The notes: a model not told the origin generated them from the sequence alone. A stretch of DNA of 64,000 nt from Candidatus Bathyarchaeota archaeon (GCA_963769425.1 CAVYLP010000001.1:359804-423803); one strand, 5' to 3'. Positions 31,165 through 42,444 are shown, counted from the first letter of the stretch. Numbers and translations: made by a program.

Positions 31165-32353
31165 TTAGCGGGTCATGTTTCTCTTGAAGAGTGGTATGGC
31201 TATCGCCGTGAAGACTATCCCGAATGCGGCGAGTATTGCTATCTCGGTCGATATGGCGGGGATGCCCGCCCCCAGGACAAGGACCTTTCGCAGGGCCGTG
31301 GTCGCGTATGATAGCGGGATCAGCTTAGAGATGTCCTGCATGTACCAGGGCATCTGCTGAGTAGGGAAGAATACGCCGCTGAGGAACATCATGGGGAACA
31401 TTATGGTCATCATCATCATGGTCGCGGTCTCCTGGTCCTTCGCGAAGGAGGTTATCACGATCCCGATGCCGACGAAGCTGAAGACGTCGAGTAGCAGTAG
31501 GCCAAAGATGAGGGGTATACTCCCCTGTATCGTCACCCCAAACAACGTCACGGCCATGATGAGGATGAGTGTGCCCTGTAGCAATCCTCTCATGGTTTGG
31601 GCGAGAGTCTTCCCGAGAATTATCGAGAGACGATTAATCGGCGCAACCATCATGCCGTCAAGGGTGCCAATCTCCCTCTCGTGGCTGATGGCGGCTGGGA
31701 GACCAGTCATCACACTCATCATGACGTTCATGGCCATGATGCCGGGGGCCATGAACTCAAAGTAGCTGAAGTTACCTGGAACTGCCCCCTGGTGTAGTGA
31801 CTGTCAGCGGCTGAATAACGGCGATGGGGTTCTTCATCGTCGGGACCATCGTCTTAATCGTCTGCTCCGCGAAGGATGCCCCTATCGCATGGAATATGCC
31901 AGTCATCGCCCCTTGGAGGAGTCCGGACATCTGCGGGTTCGATTGATCCGTCACGACTATGATTGTCCCCTGTCGCCCGCTGTTGAGACAGGCCGTGAAG
32001 TTAGCGGGTATGACGATCCCTCCCATCACCTCTCCACTCTGGATCATTCCCCTGACATCATCCATCGATGATACCTGTGTGATTGTGAAATTATCCATCC
32101 GGTTTAGGTACGTGACGAGCAGCCCACTCGTGCTTACCTGACCTTTCTGGAGACCGTAGGCCTGATCCATGTTTGCGACTGCGAGGGTGACAGGGCCAAG
32201 ACTCGAATTTGAGGGGAATATGAAGCCCACCATGCCCATCATGAACACCGGCATGATGATCAGCATCGCCAACCCGAGCCTATTCCTGAACAGCTCTGTT
32301 AGATCCTTCCTCGCAACGAGGTAGACGTGATACATTGTTTTTTTAATTGCCAT
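31165..32353 (-). CDS. ABC-2 type exporter permease, frameshift near 31785
   Basis: ARKDLTELFRN; PGIMAM, HEREIGTL, PMMFLSGVFFP, PLSY. Confidence 0.88.
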
Positions 32354-32358
32354 TCATG

Positions 32359-33372
32359 TCACCTTACTCTGGAACGCGCCCCTCCGAGCATGAATCCGCG
32401 TCTTTGGGGGGCTATCTTCTGGTTCGCCGAGTCACGCACCTCATGGCCTGTTATCTGGAGGAACACATCTTCGAGTGTGGGCTCTCGGCTGCTCACAGAC
32501 ATTATTTTGCCGTTTTTTGACCTGATTGAGTCGATGATCGTGTCGAAGGCGTCTACCCCGATGGCGTGGACCATGAGGTGGGTTGGGTCTTCTTGAGAGA
32601 CGCCGGTTACATTGCTAAGTGACTTTAAGGTTGACAACATTTCGGAGTTGAGGTTGGGGATCACAAACTCAAGTACCGTCCCCTCTCCACCAGAGATGAG
32701 CTTCTTCAGATTCGATGACGTGTCGAGGGCTGCGATCTTTCCGTGATCCACGATTCCTATGTGTTTGCAGAGAAGGTCGGCTTCAGCCATCATGTGAGTG
32801 GTTAGAATCACGGTCATGCCATTTTCCTTGTTTATCTTTCTGATGAACTCCCTGATCTCGACTGTGGTCTGAGGATCTAGCCCAAGTGTGGGTTCGTCTA
32901 GGAAGAGCACCTGAGGCTTGTTGAGGAGCGCTCGGATAATGTTCACCCTCTGTCTCATGCCCGTGGAGAAGGTGCCGACCTGTACATCCTTCCACTTGGT
33001 CATCTGTACCAACTCAAGGAGCTCCACTATGCTCTTCTTCATCTCGTCCTCGGGGACCCCGTAGAGTTTCCCGAAGAACCGGAGGTTCTCCTCTGCGGTG
33101 AGCCGCTCGTACATGATCAGCTTCTCAGAGACGAGTCCGATTAGGGTCCTGACTTTTGAATCCTCCTTCACTATATCGTATCCGCCTATAGTAGCTGTGC
33201 CAGAAGTGGGCTGAGATAGCGTCGCGAGCATCCTGATCAGCGTTGACTTACCGGCTCCGTTTGGGCCGAGGAGACCGAATATCTCCCCCTTTTCGACATC
33301 GAAGGAGATGTGATCAACCGCGGTGAACTCGCCGAATTTCTTAACTATATCTTTCACTTGGATTTCGCTCAT
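32359..33372 (-). CDS. ABC exporter ATP-binding protein (DrrA-like)
   Basis: GPNGAGKST, FSTGMRQR, LDEPTLGLDP, PTLEDVF. Confidence 0.95.
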   Translation of the reverse strand: MSEIQVKDIVKKFGEFTAVDHISFDVEKGEIFGLLGPNGAGKSTLIRMLATLSQPTSGTATIGGYDIVKEDSKVRTLIGLVSEKLIMYERLTAEENLRFFGKLYGVPEDEMKKSIVELLELVQMTKWKDVQVGTFSTGMRQRVNIIRALLNKPQVLFLDEPTLGLDPQTTVEIREFIRKINKENGMTVILTTHMMAEADLLCKHIGIVDHGKIAALDTSSNLKKLISGGEGTVLEFVIPNLNSEMLSTLKSLSNVTGVSQEDPTHLMVHAIGVDAFDTIIDSIRSKNGKIMSVSSREPTLEDVFLQITGHEVRDSANQKIAPQRRGFMLGGARSRVR

Positions 33373-33444
33373 CTATAGTCAGACTCCCTTTGATCTTCCT
33401 TCGTCCCTTCCCTACTTACCTGAATCTATCCCTGGTCTGGGAGG

Positions 33445-34950
33445 TTACCCCATCCCGAGGAGGTGTCGGAGCCATCCCCAGAAGTCGCTCCCTATTGTCG
33501 CTGCCGGCTTTGTGATAGTCACCGGGTAGCTGAGGGTCTGCTGCTGTGGCCTGTTTAGGTTGTCGAGGTAGCTGACCCTGATTTTGACTGTTGCGTCTCC
33601 CAGGGCCGCTGTGGATGCGACGTTGAACTTCACGGTGAAGAGCACTGGGCTGTCCGGGTATATCGCACCGACGTAGTAGCTGCTCTCGGGGATGACAGTC
33701 ACAGTCGGGTCGCCGACAACGTCAATGGATGTAAACTGAACCTTGCTCGTGCCCTTGAGTATGAGGGTGGAGTCGATCTTGCCAGTGGCACCTTGGTCTG
33801 CACTCACCTGTGTTGGGTTCATGATCTCGAAGTCGACTACCTGCCCGACCTGAACCGTGAGGGTCTCAGTAGTTGCCCTCTGGACACCCTTAGAATCCAT
33901 GAACGTGAGAGCGAGGGTAGCAGGTATCTGGCTCGCGGGTGCGGCGCCATCGACTAACACTGTTAAGCTTACAGTTTGAGAGTCGCCGGGACTCATTTCA
34001 CTGAGACTCACTGTGGTCGAGGTGAGGGGGCGCAGAAGACCTGCAGCATCGAGTGTAAAAGTCGCCTTAGCGTTGTAGGCTGAGGCGTCACTGCAGTCGA
34101 TCCTTGCCTGAAGCGTGAATTTCTGACCGGGGATGGCGGTTGTTGTGTTAAGATTCGTGACTGTGAGTACGGGGATGTTGTTGATCAGTGGTGCTGTGAC
34201 CTCAAGTGGGAGGGTGGCTGACTGCTTGTAGCTGTCGCTAGAGGGGTCAGAGTAGAACATTGAGGCGGTTAGGGTATAGGCGCCCATTGGCGTACTCTCG
34301 AGTGCGTAGACACGGGCTGTGAAGCTCACAGAATCACCCGCCTTTACGCTGGTAAAGTTGTAGTTTAGTGGACTCTCTATGGAGAGGAACGGGGAGGATG
34401 TTGAAAGTGTGAGGTCGATGCCCCTTAACTCGGAGTCGGCGATGTTCCTCAAAGTCACGATGACATCGTTTGGCTCACCGACATTGAGCTTCTTCGGCGA
34501 GGCTGTCAACTCGACCATTGGCATGTAGAGTTTGTTGACGACGATTGTGATTGGGATCGGTACCGTGACTATTCCACGTCCTGCCCTGAGGTAGGTGAGC
34601 TGCATCGTCAGTGTATAGGCGCCGAGGGTGACCCCCTGGTCGACCATAACTGTGGCATTGTAGAAAGTCGATTTCCCCTCGAGTATCTTGTTGATGACCT
34701 TCTGGGATCCATCTAGGACGGATATCCCGGGGGTGGTGGAGGTAATGAGGGCCTCAACCTCACTCGCATCATAATTTCCGCCGTTGTGTACTGTGATGCC
34801 GATGTTGCCATGTGTTCCAGCTGAGAACGTTGTGTTCGATACATAGACCTCGAGGTGAGGTATGATATCGTCTGCGTAGGCATATGCGATCTGTCCAGCC
34901 ATAAGGCAGATGAATAGAGCAGCTATCAGGGTGCTCTTCTTTCCATTCAT
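33445..34950 (-). CDS. S-layer-domain (COG1361-like) Ig-repeat secreted protein
   Basis: Signal peptide, repeated T/V-rich beta domains with GAYTL motifs; co-oriented with the ABC exporter. Confidence 0.75.
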   Translation of the reverse strand: MNGKKSTLIAALFICLMAGQIAYAYADDIIPHLEVYVSNTTFSAGTHGNIGITVHNGGNYDASEVEALITSTTPGISVLDGSQKVINKILEGKSTFYNATVMVDQGVTLGAYTLTMQLTYLRAGRGIVTVPIPITIVVNKLYMPMVELTASPKKLNVGEPNDVIVTLRNIADSELRGIDLTLSTSSPFLSIESPLNYNFTSVKAGDSVSFTARVYALESTPMGAYTLTASMFYSDPSSDSYKQSATLPLEVTAPLINNIPVLTVTNLNTTTAIPGQKFTLQARIDCSDASAYNAKATFTLDAAGLLRPLTSTTVSLSEMSPGDSQTVSLTVLVDGAAPASQIPATLALTFMDSKGVQRATTETLTVQVGQVVDFEIMNPTQVSADQGATGKIDSTLILKGTSKVQFTSIDVVGDPTVTVIPESSYYVGAIYPDSPVLFTVKFNVASTAALGDATVKIRVSYLDNLNRPQQQTLSYPVTITKPAATIGSDFWGWLRHLLGMG

Positions 34951-35170
34951 TCAATCACTTCTCTTTTTTATCCTTTTTTTCTATCTTTGAGGGCGCCGTG
35001 GGCCTCATGGTTAGCCATCTTCACTGGGCGCTGTTAGGTAGACTTCTACCTAGTTATCAGAGTACGCCCCTGTTGCTCCTAATAAACATTATAGAGGTCT
35101 CAGGCGCGTTCCTGCTTCGCAAAATTTATTGGCAAATTATAAATCCTGATTAAAAGTAGGTGATATCGAG

Positions 35171-36754
35171 TTGGTTTTCTTGGCGAAGATATCGAAGGAG
35201 AAGCAGACAGCTCTCGACTGGGTCGAAGCGAACGAGAAGATGATCTCAGGGTTTGACAAGAGGATCTGGGGATACGCCGAGCCGGCTTGGAGGGAGTACA
35301 AGTCCGCGGCGGCCTACTGCAAGCTGCTTGAGGATGAGGGGTTCAAGGTTGTAAAGGGTACCGGCGGCATGCCCACAGCTTTCCTCGCGACCTTCGGGGA
35401 GGGAAAGCCGGTGCTCGCGACGTACGCGGAGTACGATGCGGTCCCTGGGACATCCCAGAAGCCGGTGCCTCGCCAAGAGGCTAGGGATGGGCTGAATAGG
35501 TGGGCAGCCGGGCACACCGACCCCCACTCCGCCCTCGGTACGACGGCGCTTGCCGGCGTTCTAGCTGCGAAGGAGGCGATGGTGAAGCACGGTCTTGAGG
35601 GGACACTGAAGATTTTCGGTGAGCCGGCTGAGAAGGTATGCGGTTCTAAGCCAGTACACGCGGCGTGGGGTTACTTCGACGACCACGACGCCTCCATCTG
35701 CTACCACCCTTCAGGGGTCAACACGGCCCTTCATGAGACTCAGATGGGAGCCTACTGGAGCGTCATCTTCACCTTCGAGTGCCTCGAACCTGAGAAGTGG
35801 TTCAGGCCGGTGGGACCGATGAAGGTTGGTGGCCACGCGGGTGGTCGATGCCCTGCAGCCCTCGACGCGATCTGTCTCATGTATACGACGACGAAGTACA
35901 CGAAGGAGGCTATGCTCCCCCACGGGGCCTATTGGACACTCAACGAATACGTCATGGTAGCCGGGCAATGTACATCGGATAACCTCCCGCCCCGGATCGG
36001 GCAGATACAATACGCATGGAGAACACCCACCCTTGGGATGGCTCAGCAGATATTCGACGTCCTCGAGAACAACGCGAAGCACGTTGCAGAGATCGCGTTC
36101 TGCAAACTGACGACGAGGTGGGTGACAAAGACTAGGGTTGGCCTCCCCAATAATGCCATGACAGAAATCACCTACGCGAACCATGAGATCGTTGGGCCCC
36201 CAAAGTATGGGGAGAAGGCGAAGAAGTTTGGGCGTGATATCCAGAAGAACCTCGGTCTGGAACCGATGGAGGACCCATTCACGGAGGCTTGCCAGAAGTT
36301 GATCACTCCTAAGGACTACGAGGCGGAGCAGAGAGCGACTTTGGAGCCCTGGCAGATGCATTTCGGCGCAGATGACTACGTCGACTACACTTGGCACTCG
36401 CCCTCGGTGAGGATGTTCACCGCCAAGGCCGTCCTCAGGTCCCCGAAGCCGGGGTACGTTTACCCCCAATGGGCATCGAATGCGATGGCGGGGTATCCGG
36501 AGACTATTGACCCGATGATCTTCGCGGGTGGCAAGGTAATAGGCGCCACTCTAGTGGACCTACTTACGAAACCCGGCGAACTAGTGAGATGCAGAAAGGA
36601 GTTTGAGGAGAGGACGGGCGGCGGCATCGGCGGCTCGATGTGGGTCGGCCCACTGCTACCCAAGGATTTCAAGGCGCCGGTCGACATGAGGTGGCCAGAG
36701 TATATATCGACTGTCCGTGGGGAGGAGTGGTGGATACCAACCCCTACCTCTTGA
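35171..36754 (+). CDS. M20 amidohydrolase (AbgB-like paralog)
   Basis: GMPTAF, EYDAVPG, GHTDPHS, FGEPAEK. Confidence 0.85.
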   Translation: MVFLAKISKEKQTALDWVEANEKMISGFDKRIWGYAEPAWREYKSAAAYCKLLEDEGFKVVKGTGGMPTAFLATFGEGKPVLATYAEYDAVPGTSQKPVPRQEARDGLNRWAAGHTDPHSALGTTALAGVLAAKEAMVKHGLEGTLKIFGEPAEKVCGSKPVHAAWGYFDDHDASICYHPSGVNTALHETQMGAYWSVIFTFECLEPEKWFRPVGPMKVGGHAGGRCPAALDAICLMYTTTKYTKEAMLPHGAYWTLNEYVMVAGQCTSDNLPPRIGQIQYAWRTPTLGMAQQIFDVLENNAKHVAEIAFCKLTTRWVTKTRVGLPNNAMTEITYANHEIVGPPKYGEKAKKFGRDIQKNLGLEPMEDPFTEACQKLITPKDYEAEQRATLEPWQMHFGADDYVDYTWHSPSVRMFTAKAVLRSPKPGYVYPQWASNAMAGYPETIDPMIFAGGKVIGATLVDLLTKPGELVRCRKEFEERTGGGIGGSMWVGPLLPKDFKAPVDMRWPEYISTVRGEEWWIPTPTS

Positions 36755-36800
36755 TACCAAACACATTTCTAGGGCCATAACATCGGTTTTTCTGATCCAG

Positions 36801-37328
36801 TTGCCCGAAAAGACAATCCCACTTAGCGAAGCAGAGAACGAGGTCAAGGTCGTCACTCAGCGCCTCGCCCTACTCCACCTATCTTACGCGCGAACACTTG
36901 TAGACGAGTTCGGCTGGGACGAAGGAAAGAGATTGATCCTGAAGTCGATGAAGAGGTACGGGGTGAACGTGGCGAACTGGACCGCTGCGGGTCACCAGGG
37001 ACTGCCGCGATTCGGGTTCTGGGAGAGGCGCGAGGGGAAGCCGGAGCTCTGTGAGTTGGGGAAGGTGATGATCGAGTTGGGTGAGCCAGAGCTCGGCGCT
37101 CTTTACTGTCTCATAGACCCTGCGAAGACGATGGCGGCTGACCCCGACAAGAAGATGATTCATACAAAGAACATGATCATCGGTGACGACGAGTGCGGCT
37201 TCGAAACCATCCCTACGACGGAGGCGGAGAAAAAGGACCTCGCGGAGGACCATGACTGGACGCACGTGGACCCGATAATAGACGACTACCTGAAGAAGAG
37301 GCGGATTAGTAGGTCCGGTAGTTCGTGA
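36801..37328 (+). CDS. L-2-amino-thiazoline-4-carboxylic acid hydrolase-like protein
   Basis: RLALLHLSYARTLVDEFG, CELGK, YCLIDPAK, GDDECGF. Confidence 0.65.
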   Translation: MPEKTIPLSEAENEVKVVTQRLALLHLSYARTLVDEFGWDEGKRLILKSMKRYGVNVANWTAAGHQGLPRFGFWERREGKPELCELGKVMIELGEPELGALYCLIDPAKTMAADPDKKMIHTKNMIIGDDECGFETIPTTEAEKKDLAEDHDWTHVDPIIDDYLKKRRISRSGSS

Positions 37329-38556
37329 CGGCTGCTATCCCGCCGAAGCTGCGGGTGAGCATATCACCCTCCTCCGTATTGCCAGAGATGAGCTCGGCTC
37401 GAACGTTCGCCGCCTCAGCCATCTCGATGAGGGCTTCGATCAGGTCCTTCTTCTCCAGCACCTCGACGTCCCCGCCACACTTGAGGCACTTGAACGAGGA
37501 GAGATTAGCTTCAAAGTCTGCAGCCTTGTCGTTGTCCACGACCTTGTTCTCGACGTGGTCGCAGGCCTTACACTTGAGCCTGTAGAGGGTCCTTCGCACG
37601 TCCTCGCTTATGAGGAGAAGCTGGACATTCTGCCCCTTGAGAGCCTGGAATATCTCTTGCTCGCCGTAGGTGCCTAAGCCATCGTCCTCGCCTAGGTGTT
37701 TGAGGAACTCCTGAACATTCTTTCGCTCCTCGTAGTATCGCGCGTCCTTCATGAGTTCCCGGCTGCGGTTTACGAGTTCCTTTATTCCCTCTGGACCAGT
37801 GTATCCGGTGTCTACCTGCGCTAGTACTTTGTCCTTTAACTCGTAATGGAGGTAGTTGCCTTTTAGGAAGTCATCTTTTGTGGGTCCGGGTCCGCCGACT
37901 ATTATTCCCTTGAGGCCCGGGGTGTTGCGGAAGTGCTCCGTGAAGTAGCCGCCGAGGCGTATGTACCACTCGTTGAGGTGCATATCGCGTAGGCGCTCGT
38001 AGCGTCGGCTGGACTGACCTCCCGCGCGTGTCTTCCCGGCGACTCCGCTACTGTACTCTTTGATTATCTCGGTTCGGTTGCCCTTGAGGAAGCCGAATGC
38101 GGCTTCCTTGGAGTCTATGACGACTAAGCCATAGACGTCCTTGGCTCTGATCATGTTGAATAGGGGCTCGAGGAGGAACTGGTGTTCGCAGCGGTAGTAG
38201 TAGATAGTAATGGGCTCGGGGGGCACGATGACGAATGTCTGCATGTCGCCGACGCCGAGCTGGTCGCTGGCAATGCTCCCGGCGAAGATGGCGAGGCCTG
38301 TAGGGGGAATGGTTTTGAAGAGCTTCAGGCGCTCCATGACTTTGCTGAGAGCATCCTGGACGTTCTTGCGGGTTGTCTTGCTCTTTATGTTGACGGCTGT
38401 GCCCCACTCGTTGCGTAGGTCGTTCATGACCTCAGATACTTGCTTACCCGGTGGGACGTAGACGCTGACGAGTTCGGTTCCGCGCCCCTGTAGGTTCTCG
38501 AGCTGCTCCAGCATTCGCTGTGCGCGTAGCCTGTCTAGGGGTGCGTTGCCGCTCAT
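37306..38556 (-). CDS. prf1: Peptide chain release factor aRF1
   Basis: GRGTELVS, NIKS, YRCE, GGQS, FGGIAA. Confidence 0.97.
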   Translation of the reverse strand: MSGNAPLDRLRAQRMLEQLENLQGRGTELVSVYVPPGKQVSEVMNDLRNEWGTAVNIKSKTTRKNVQDALSKVMERLKLFKTIPPTGLAIFAGSIASDQLGVGDMQTFVIVPPEPITIYYYRCEHQFLLEPLFNMIRAKDVYGLVVIDSKEAAFGFLKGNRTEIIKEYSSGVAGKTRAGGQSSRRYERLRDMHLNEWYIRLGGYFTEHFRNTPGLKGIIVGGPGPTKDDFLKGNYLHYELKDKVLAQVDTGYTGPEGIKELVNRSRELMKDARYYEERKNVQEFLKHLGEDDGLGTYGEQEIFQALKGQNVQLLLISEDVRRTLYRLKCKACDHVENKVVDNDKAADFEANLSSFKCLKCGGDVEVLEKKDLIEALIEMAEAANVRAELISGNTEEGDMLTRSFGGIAAVTNYRTY

Positions 38557-38612
38557 CTTTCATCGACCTTGAACGCCTTGATTATCGGATAACTGCATAT
38601 ATACGTTACTTT

Positions 38613-39290
38613 CTAGGGGCGGACGGTTGTGCCGTGGTGGGCCCCGGTGACGGCGCGTATTATCTCCTCGGGATCGGTCCCGTCGACGAATATTAGGGGG
38701 GTGCCCAGCTTTGCGGCGAGTCTGACGGCTTTGAGGTCGAAGAGGCCGTACTCGCCCGGGGCCTGGTGGGTGTTCGCCCTGATTATCTCCTCTAGCTCGG
38801 GGTAGGTTAGGGTGTCCAGTTTCTTGGCGTCCGGGTTGGTCTTTGGGTTCTTGTCGTAGACGCCGGGGACGTCGGTGGCGTTGATTATGAGGTCTGCGTC
38901 GATTGCCTCGGCGAAGATGGCGGCGCGGTAGTCGGTGCTGCTTCCGGGTCTGTGGCCTCCGCCGACGAGTATCCTGTCGCCGAGGTGGCTCTTGATCTCG
39001 GATGCTCGACGATGGATGTGGGGGTCGGCTGCGTCTCCGAGGGCGGCGATTAAGAGTAGGGCGTTGACGTGTGTGGCGAGGATGCCGAGGCCGTCTTGTA
39101 TTTCGCTGGTGGCATCTAGGTCCTTAGCGATGGTGATGAACTGGCGCGCGGGGCGGCCTCCCCCACAGGTCACAATGACTGTGTGGCCTGCTTCCCAGAG
39201 ACGCTTGATGACGTCGGCGTAACGCCTGTACGAAGATGCCTCCATGTTCTTGGTGAGTAGGCTTCCGCCGAGGCTAATCGAGACCTTCAT
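38613..39290 (-). CDS. pyrH: Uridylate kinase (archaeal type)
   Basis: SLGGS, GGGRPAR, PGSSTD, TDVPGVYDKNP. Confidence 0.93.
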   Translation of the reverse strand: MKVSISLGGSLLTKNMEASSYRRYADVIKRLWEAGHTVIVTCGGGRPARQFITIAKDLDATSEIQDGLGILATHVNALLLIAALGDAADPHIHRRASEIKSHLGDRILVGGGHRPGSSTDYRAAIFAEAIDADLIINATDVPGVYDKNPKTNPDAKKLDTLTYPELEEIIRANTHQAPGEYGLFDLKAVRLAAKLGTPLIFVDGTDPEEIIRAVTGAHHGTTVRP

Positions 39291-39351
39291 CCGGGTTCAC
39301 CCACCGTTTGGTCTGTGCAGATAAAATGGTTGCCTATGTGATGAAAGTTGT

Positions 39352-39975
39352 TTAGATGGGGACCTTCCCGGCTCCTGGGAGCTCTGGGAAGGTGTCCTTC
39401 ATCCTCGACTCGGCGACGGAGGCGGCCTCCTCCATTATCTTGGCGGAGTCCTCGTTGGCTGACTGGAAGTTGAGGGTCATGCCCGAGGTTGCGCCCGCGT
39501 CCATTACTATTCCGCTGAGGATGTTGCTGATGTCACCCATCTCCTTGGCGATCTGGGGGTTGACGGCCGCCATGCCGACCATGACGTCGCGCATGACGCC
39601 GATGACGGGTAGCAGCGTGAAGGCGAGGTCGCCCATCTCGCTGATTGCCTCGATGCGCATCACTATCTGGTCGAGGGCAAGCTTTGCGTTTAGGACCGTC
39701 TTCTGCATCTTACGGAGCTCTGCTAGCTCACCCGCGTAGATGTTGGCGTGTGGAGTATCATGCTTCTGGTAAGCGTCAACGACCTTGGCGAAGAGTGACT
39801 TATCCCTCTCAGCCATTCGCTGGGACTCGCGGTCAAGCTTTAACACCTGAGCTTGGACGCGCTTGGATGCATAGTCCATCCGGGGCTTTAATGCACCGGG
39901 TGGGTTGATGGTCTCCCTGATTGCCTTACCGAGGGGTTGAGAGCCGCCCCCCTCCCATTGCTTACCGAATGACAT
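39352..39975 (-). CDS. ESCRT-III/CdvB paralog (Snf7 family)
   Basis: Snf7 helices ANIYAGELAELRK, ALDQIVMRI; C-terminal FPELP; no winged-helix tail. Confidence 0.85.
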   Translation of the reverse strand: MSFGKQWEGGGSQPLGKAIRETINPPGALKPRMDYASKRVQAQVLKLDRESQRMAERDKSLFAKVVDAYQKHDTPHANIYAGELAELRKMQKTVLNAKLALDQIVMRIEAISEMGDLAFTLLPVIGVMRDVMVGMAAVNPQIAKEMGDISNILSGIVMDAGATSGMTLNFQSANEDSAKIMEEAASVAESRMKDTFPELPGAGKVPI

Positions 39976-40269
39976 CTCTAAATACCTCTGATGTTTAAGT
40001 CACGCGTCACCCGGATAGGTGTTCAGTTCCCAAGATGATCAACCAAGTCATCTTTATAGACTAAATATGAAGAAATTTGCCCTTTTTAAGCAATTATCTC
40101 AATAGGGGTTACATGCTCGTTATAAAAAACATTCAAATTCCCGATTAAAATCAACATAGTTTTGCCTTATTTAGTATAACTATCGTTTGTTCGGTTTCTA
40201 TATTAAGGAGGGTTCATACGCCCCTTTTTTCGAATAGGTTTTAAGTTGTGCACCAGTATCGTTGATGGG

Positions 40270-40355
40270 GCGGGGGTTCCCAAGTGGCCAAAGGGGCGGG
40301 ACTCAAGATCCCCTAGCTCAGGCTTTCGAGGGTTCGAATCCCTCCCCCCGCACCA
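40270..40355 (+). tRNA. tRNA-Leu(CAA), CCA encoded
   Basis: GCGGGGG/CCCCCGC acceptor stem, CT-CAA-GA anticodon loop, long variable arm, GGTTCGAATCC. Confidence 0.95.
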
Positions 40356-40495
40356 AAGCTGGACTCTAAAATAAGCTGTTTTTTAGTCCCTTTTGACTAA
40401 AGAGTAGATTATATTGCCTACTATTTTTTTGACACCTCCTGCGGCGTTGTGCGTAGTGCTTTAATTTACTCGATTTGTTGTTTTCGTTGGTGTGT

Positions 40496-40648
40496 ATGAG
40501 GTATAGGCCCTCGCTTAGGATTTTGTTGGATGCTTTGGCGGATGGTATTCCTAGGAGTTGTAGGGAGCTCGCTGATTTGTCGGGTTTGGGTTTTCGTCAG
40601 GTTGAGAATGCGGTTGTTCGGTGTTGTGTTTCTATCAAAAAAACTTAA
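40496..40648 (+). pseudogene. Truncated winged-HTH fragment (element backbone relic)
   Basis: MRYRPSLRILLDALADGIPRSCRELADLSGLGFRQVENAVVRC then stop; strongly G/T-rich strand. Confidence 0.5.
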
Positions 40649-40675
40649 GGAATCATTAAACTACGTTAGATCTGC

Positions 40676-40873
40676 ATGCTATCCGAATTATTAATAGGAG
40701 CTTCAGAGAGGACATACGAAATTAACCCCGAAGAAGAAATTGTAGCCTTGATAATATTAGCAGTTATTTTTATTATATTGTATATATTCAGAGAAAAGAG
40801 GAGAAAAAATAAATATGAGCCAAAGAAGAAGCTTGACGATCCTAATTTTACACGGAGGCCATGGGACATTTAA
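40676..40873 (+). CDS. Small single-TM protein
   Basis: One hydrophobic helix followed by a basic tail. Confidence 0.5.
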   Translation: MLSELLIGASERTYEINPEEEIVALIILAVIFIILYIFREKRRKNKYEPKKKLDDPNFTRRPWDI

Positions 40874-41072
40874 CGAAATGTAGTGTGAAGTATTGTAGGT
40901 CCCCTTCTCATAACATTAACAGGCTAAATGATCAGCCTAACACTACGCTTAGGAGCTTCACGGGAGGACGCGCCTATCCTCATTCGTAAACTAATAAGAT
41001 AAGCAAACAAGTAACCTAACCAAGCTGTTCTAAACATTAGCATTAAGCCTCCATAGCCACACTTGATATCAA

Positions 41073-41915
41073 ATGACTTCAACAACCACAGCAATATCTG
41101 CAATGATCTCCATCATCCTAGCCACCTCCGGCTTCCTCGCCGTCTCAACCACGCAACCAACATCCAATGTAAGCGTGACCGCTGAACAGGCAGTAAACAT
41201 CCTAAAAGCGAGCGACAGAGCAGATCGCAGAATCGTTTGCGGAAGCCAACCTGTGAAAACTGACCTAGACTACATCGCCATCAACTGGGCGAACTACCTG
41301 AGAAACACAGGCCCCGAGCACCACGACCGAATCTACGTTTCCACGTCGCCTGTCGGAGAGATCAAGCCATACTGGATAATCGAATACGAGACAGAACTCT
41401 CACCCCTTCCAGGTGATTACGTTGGCTCCGGGAAATACCTCATCGACGCGGAAACGGGGGAGCTAATGATGTCCCTTGAAAGCTTCGGCGGCGGAGTAAC
41501 GGCAAAGGGGCCTGACTATTGGATGTCAACCAGCCAAAACATTGGAATCTGGTACCAGAGCGCCCTCACAATCCCAATGAACTTCACCGACCACGCCCTA
41601 AGGGTGGAGCTCGGCGAATTCACGCCGCTAATTCTGACACTAACAGCGCCACCCTACTACGATGCCTCCATTCCCATTTCACTGAAGGTGGTCAGCGTAT
41701 CACCAGACTATTTGGTTGATCAGAATGTCACCTCGGCAACCCTAAGGACTGGTGGATCCGTCTCGTTCTTGCTTCAAATATTCACTCCCGTAGGTTATGC
41801 GCATCGACCTCCGCCATCATCACTTCCCCCTCACTTCGACGTTGAGGTAAATTTCATAGGATCGACAACATCATTCTCGATCTTTCTCGTACAAGTAAAC
41901 GAAAACATTAGCTAG
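41073..41915 (+). CDS. Secreted hypothetical protein
   Basis: Signal peptide; PepSY-like YLIDAETGE. Confidence 0.6.
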   Translation: MTSTTTAISAMISIILATSGFLAVSTTQPTSNVSVTAEQAVNILKASDRADRRIVCGSQPVKTDLDYIAINWANYLRNTGPEHHDRIYVSTSPVGEIKPYWIIEYETELSPLPGDYVGSGKYLIDAETGELMMSLESFGGGVTAKGPDYWMSTSQNIGIWYQSALTIPMNFTDHALRVELGEFTPLILTLTAPPYYDASIPISLKVVSVSPDYLVDQNVTSATLRTGGSVSFLLQIFTPVGYAHRPPPSSLPPHFDVEVNFIGSTTSFSIFLVQVNENIS

Positions 41916-41929
41916 AATAGTCAATCAGA

Positions 41930-42241
41930 CTAACATCTGTTTGTAGACTCTGTCCACCATAGTGCACCATCATCAAGCCTCACATAACCAGCATCCTGTA
42001 GGGAGTGAAGTGCGTCACTCAACGTATTCATGTGCAGCCCCGTCCCGTGGCGAATAGAAAGGGCGGTCTGAGGCTGGAAGAGGGCGAGGTAGATGTAGAC
42101 GAGCTTCTCCGACGATGCCCCCAGCTCCCGCATCCTACTGATATAGCCCATGAAGTACTCCCTCCTAATCGAGGACACGACCCCCTCAACGATCCTCTGA
42201 GTAACATCATCCCACCCACCATCCACATCCTCCAAAGGCAC
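41930..42241 (-). CDS. Winged-HTH protein
   Basis: SEKLVYIYL...IRHGTGLHMNTLSDALHSLQDAGYV. Confidence 0.6.
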   Translation of the reverse strand: MPLEDVDGGWDDVTQRIVEGVVSSIRREYFMGYISRMRELGASSEKLVYIYLALFQPQTALSIRHGTGLHMNTLSDALHSLQDAGYVRLDDGALWWTESTNRC

Positions 42242-42444
42242 ACCACACCAGGCTAAGCCGACCCACTAACCATCGACACGATCAGCGGACCCAACCAGAG
42301 GCCCTTCAAAGCGGGGAATCAGCAAACATCACAGACCCGCTCACGACCAGAGGTAAAAACAGCAAACCATTGGAGCCAATATAACTAAGACGCAGTCACT
42401 CGAAGCACCCAGCAGCCTGAAAGTGAGCGTACGCGCATCGACGA

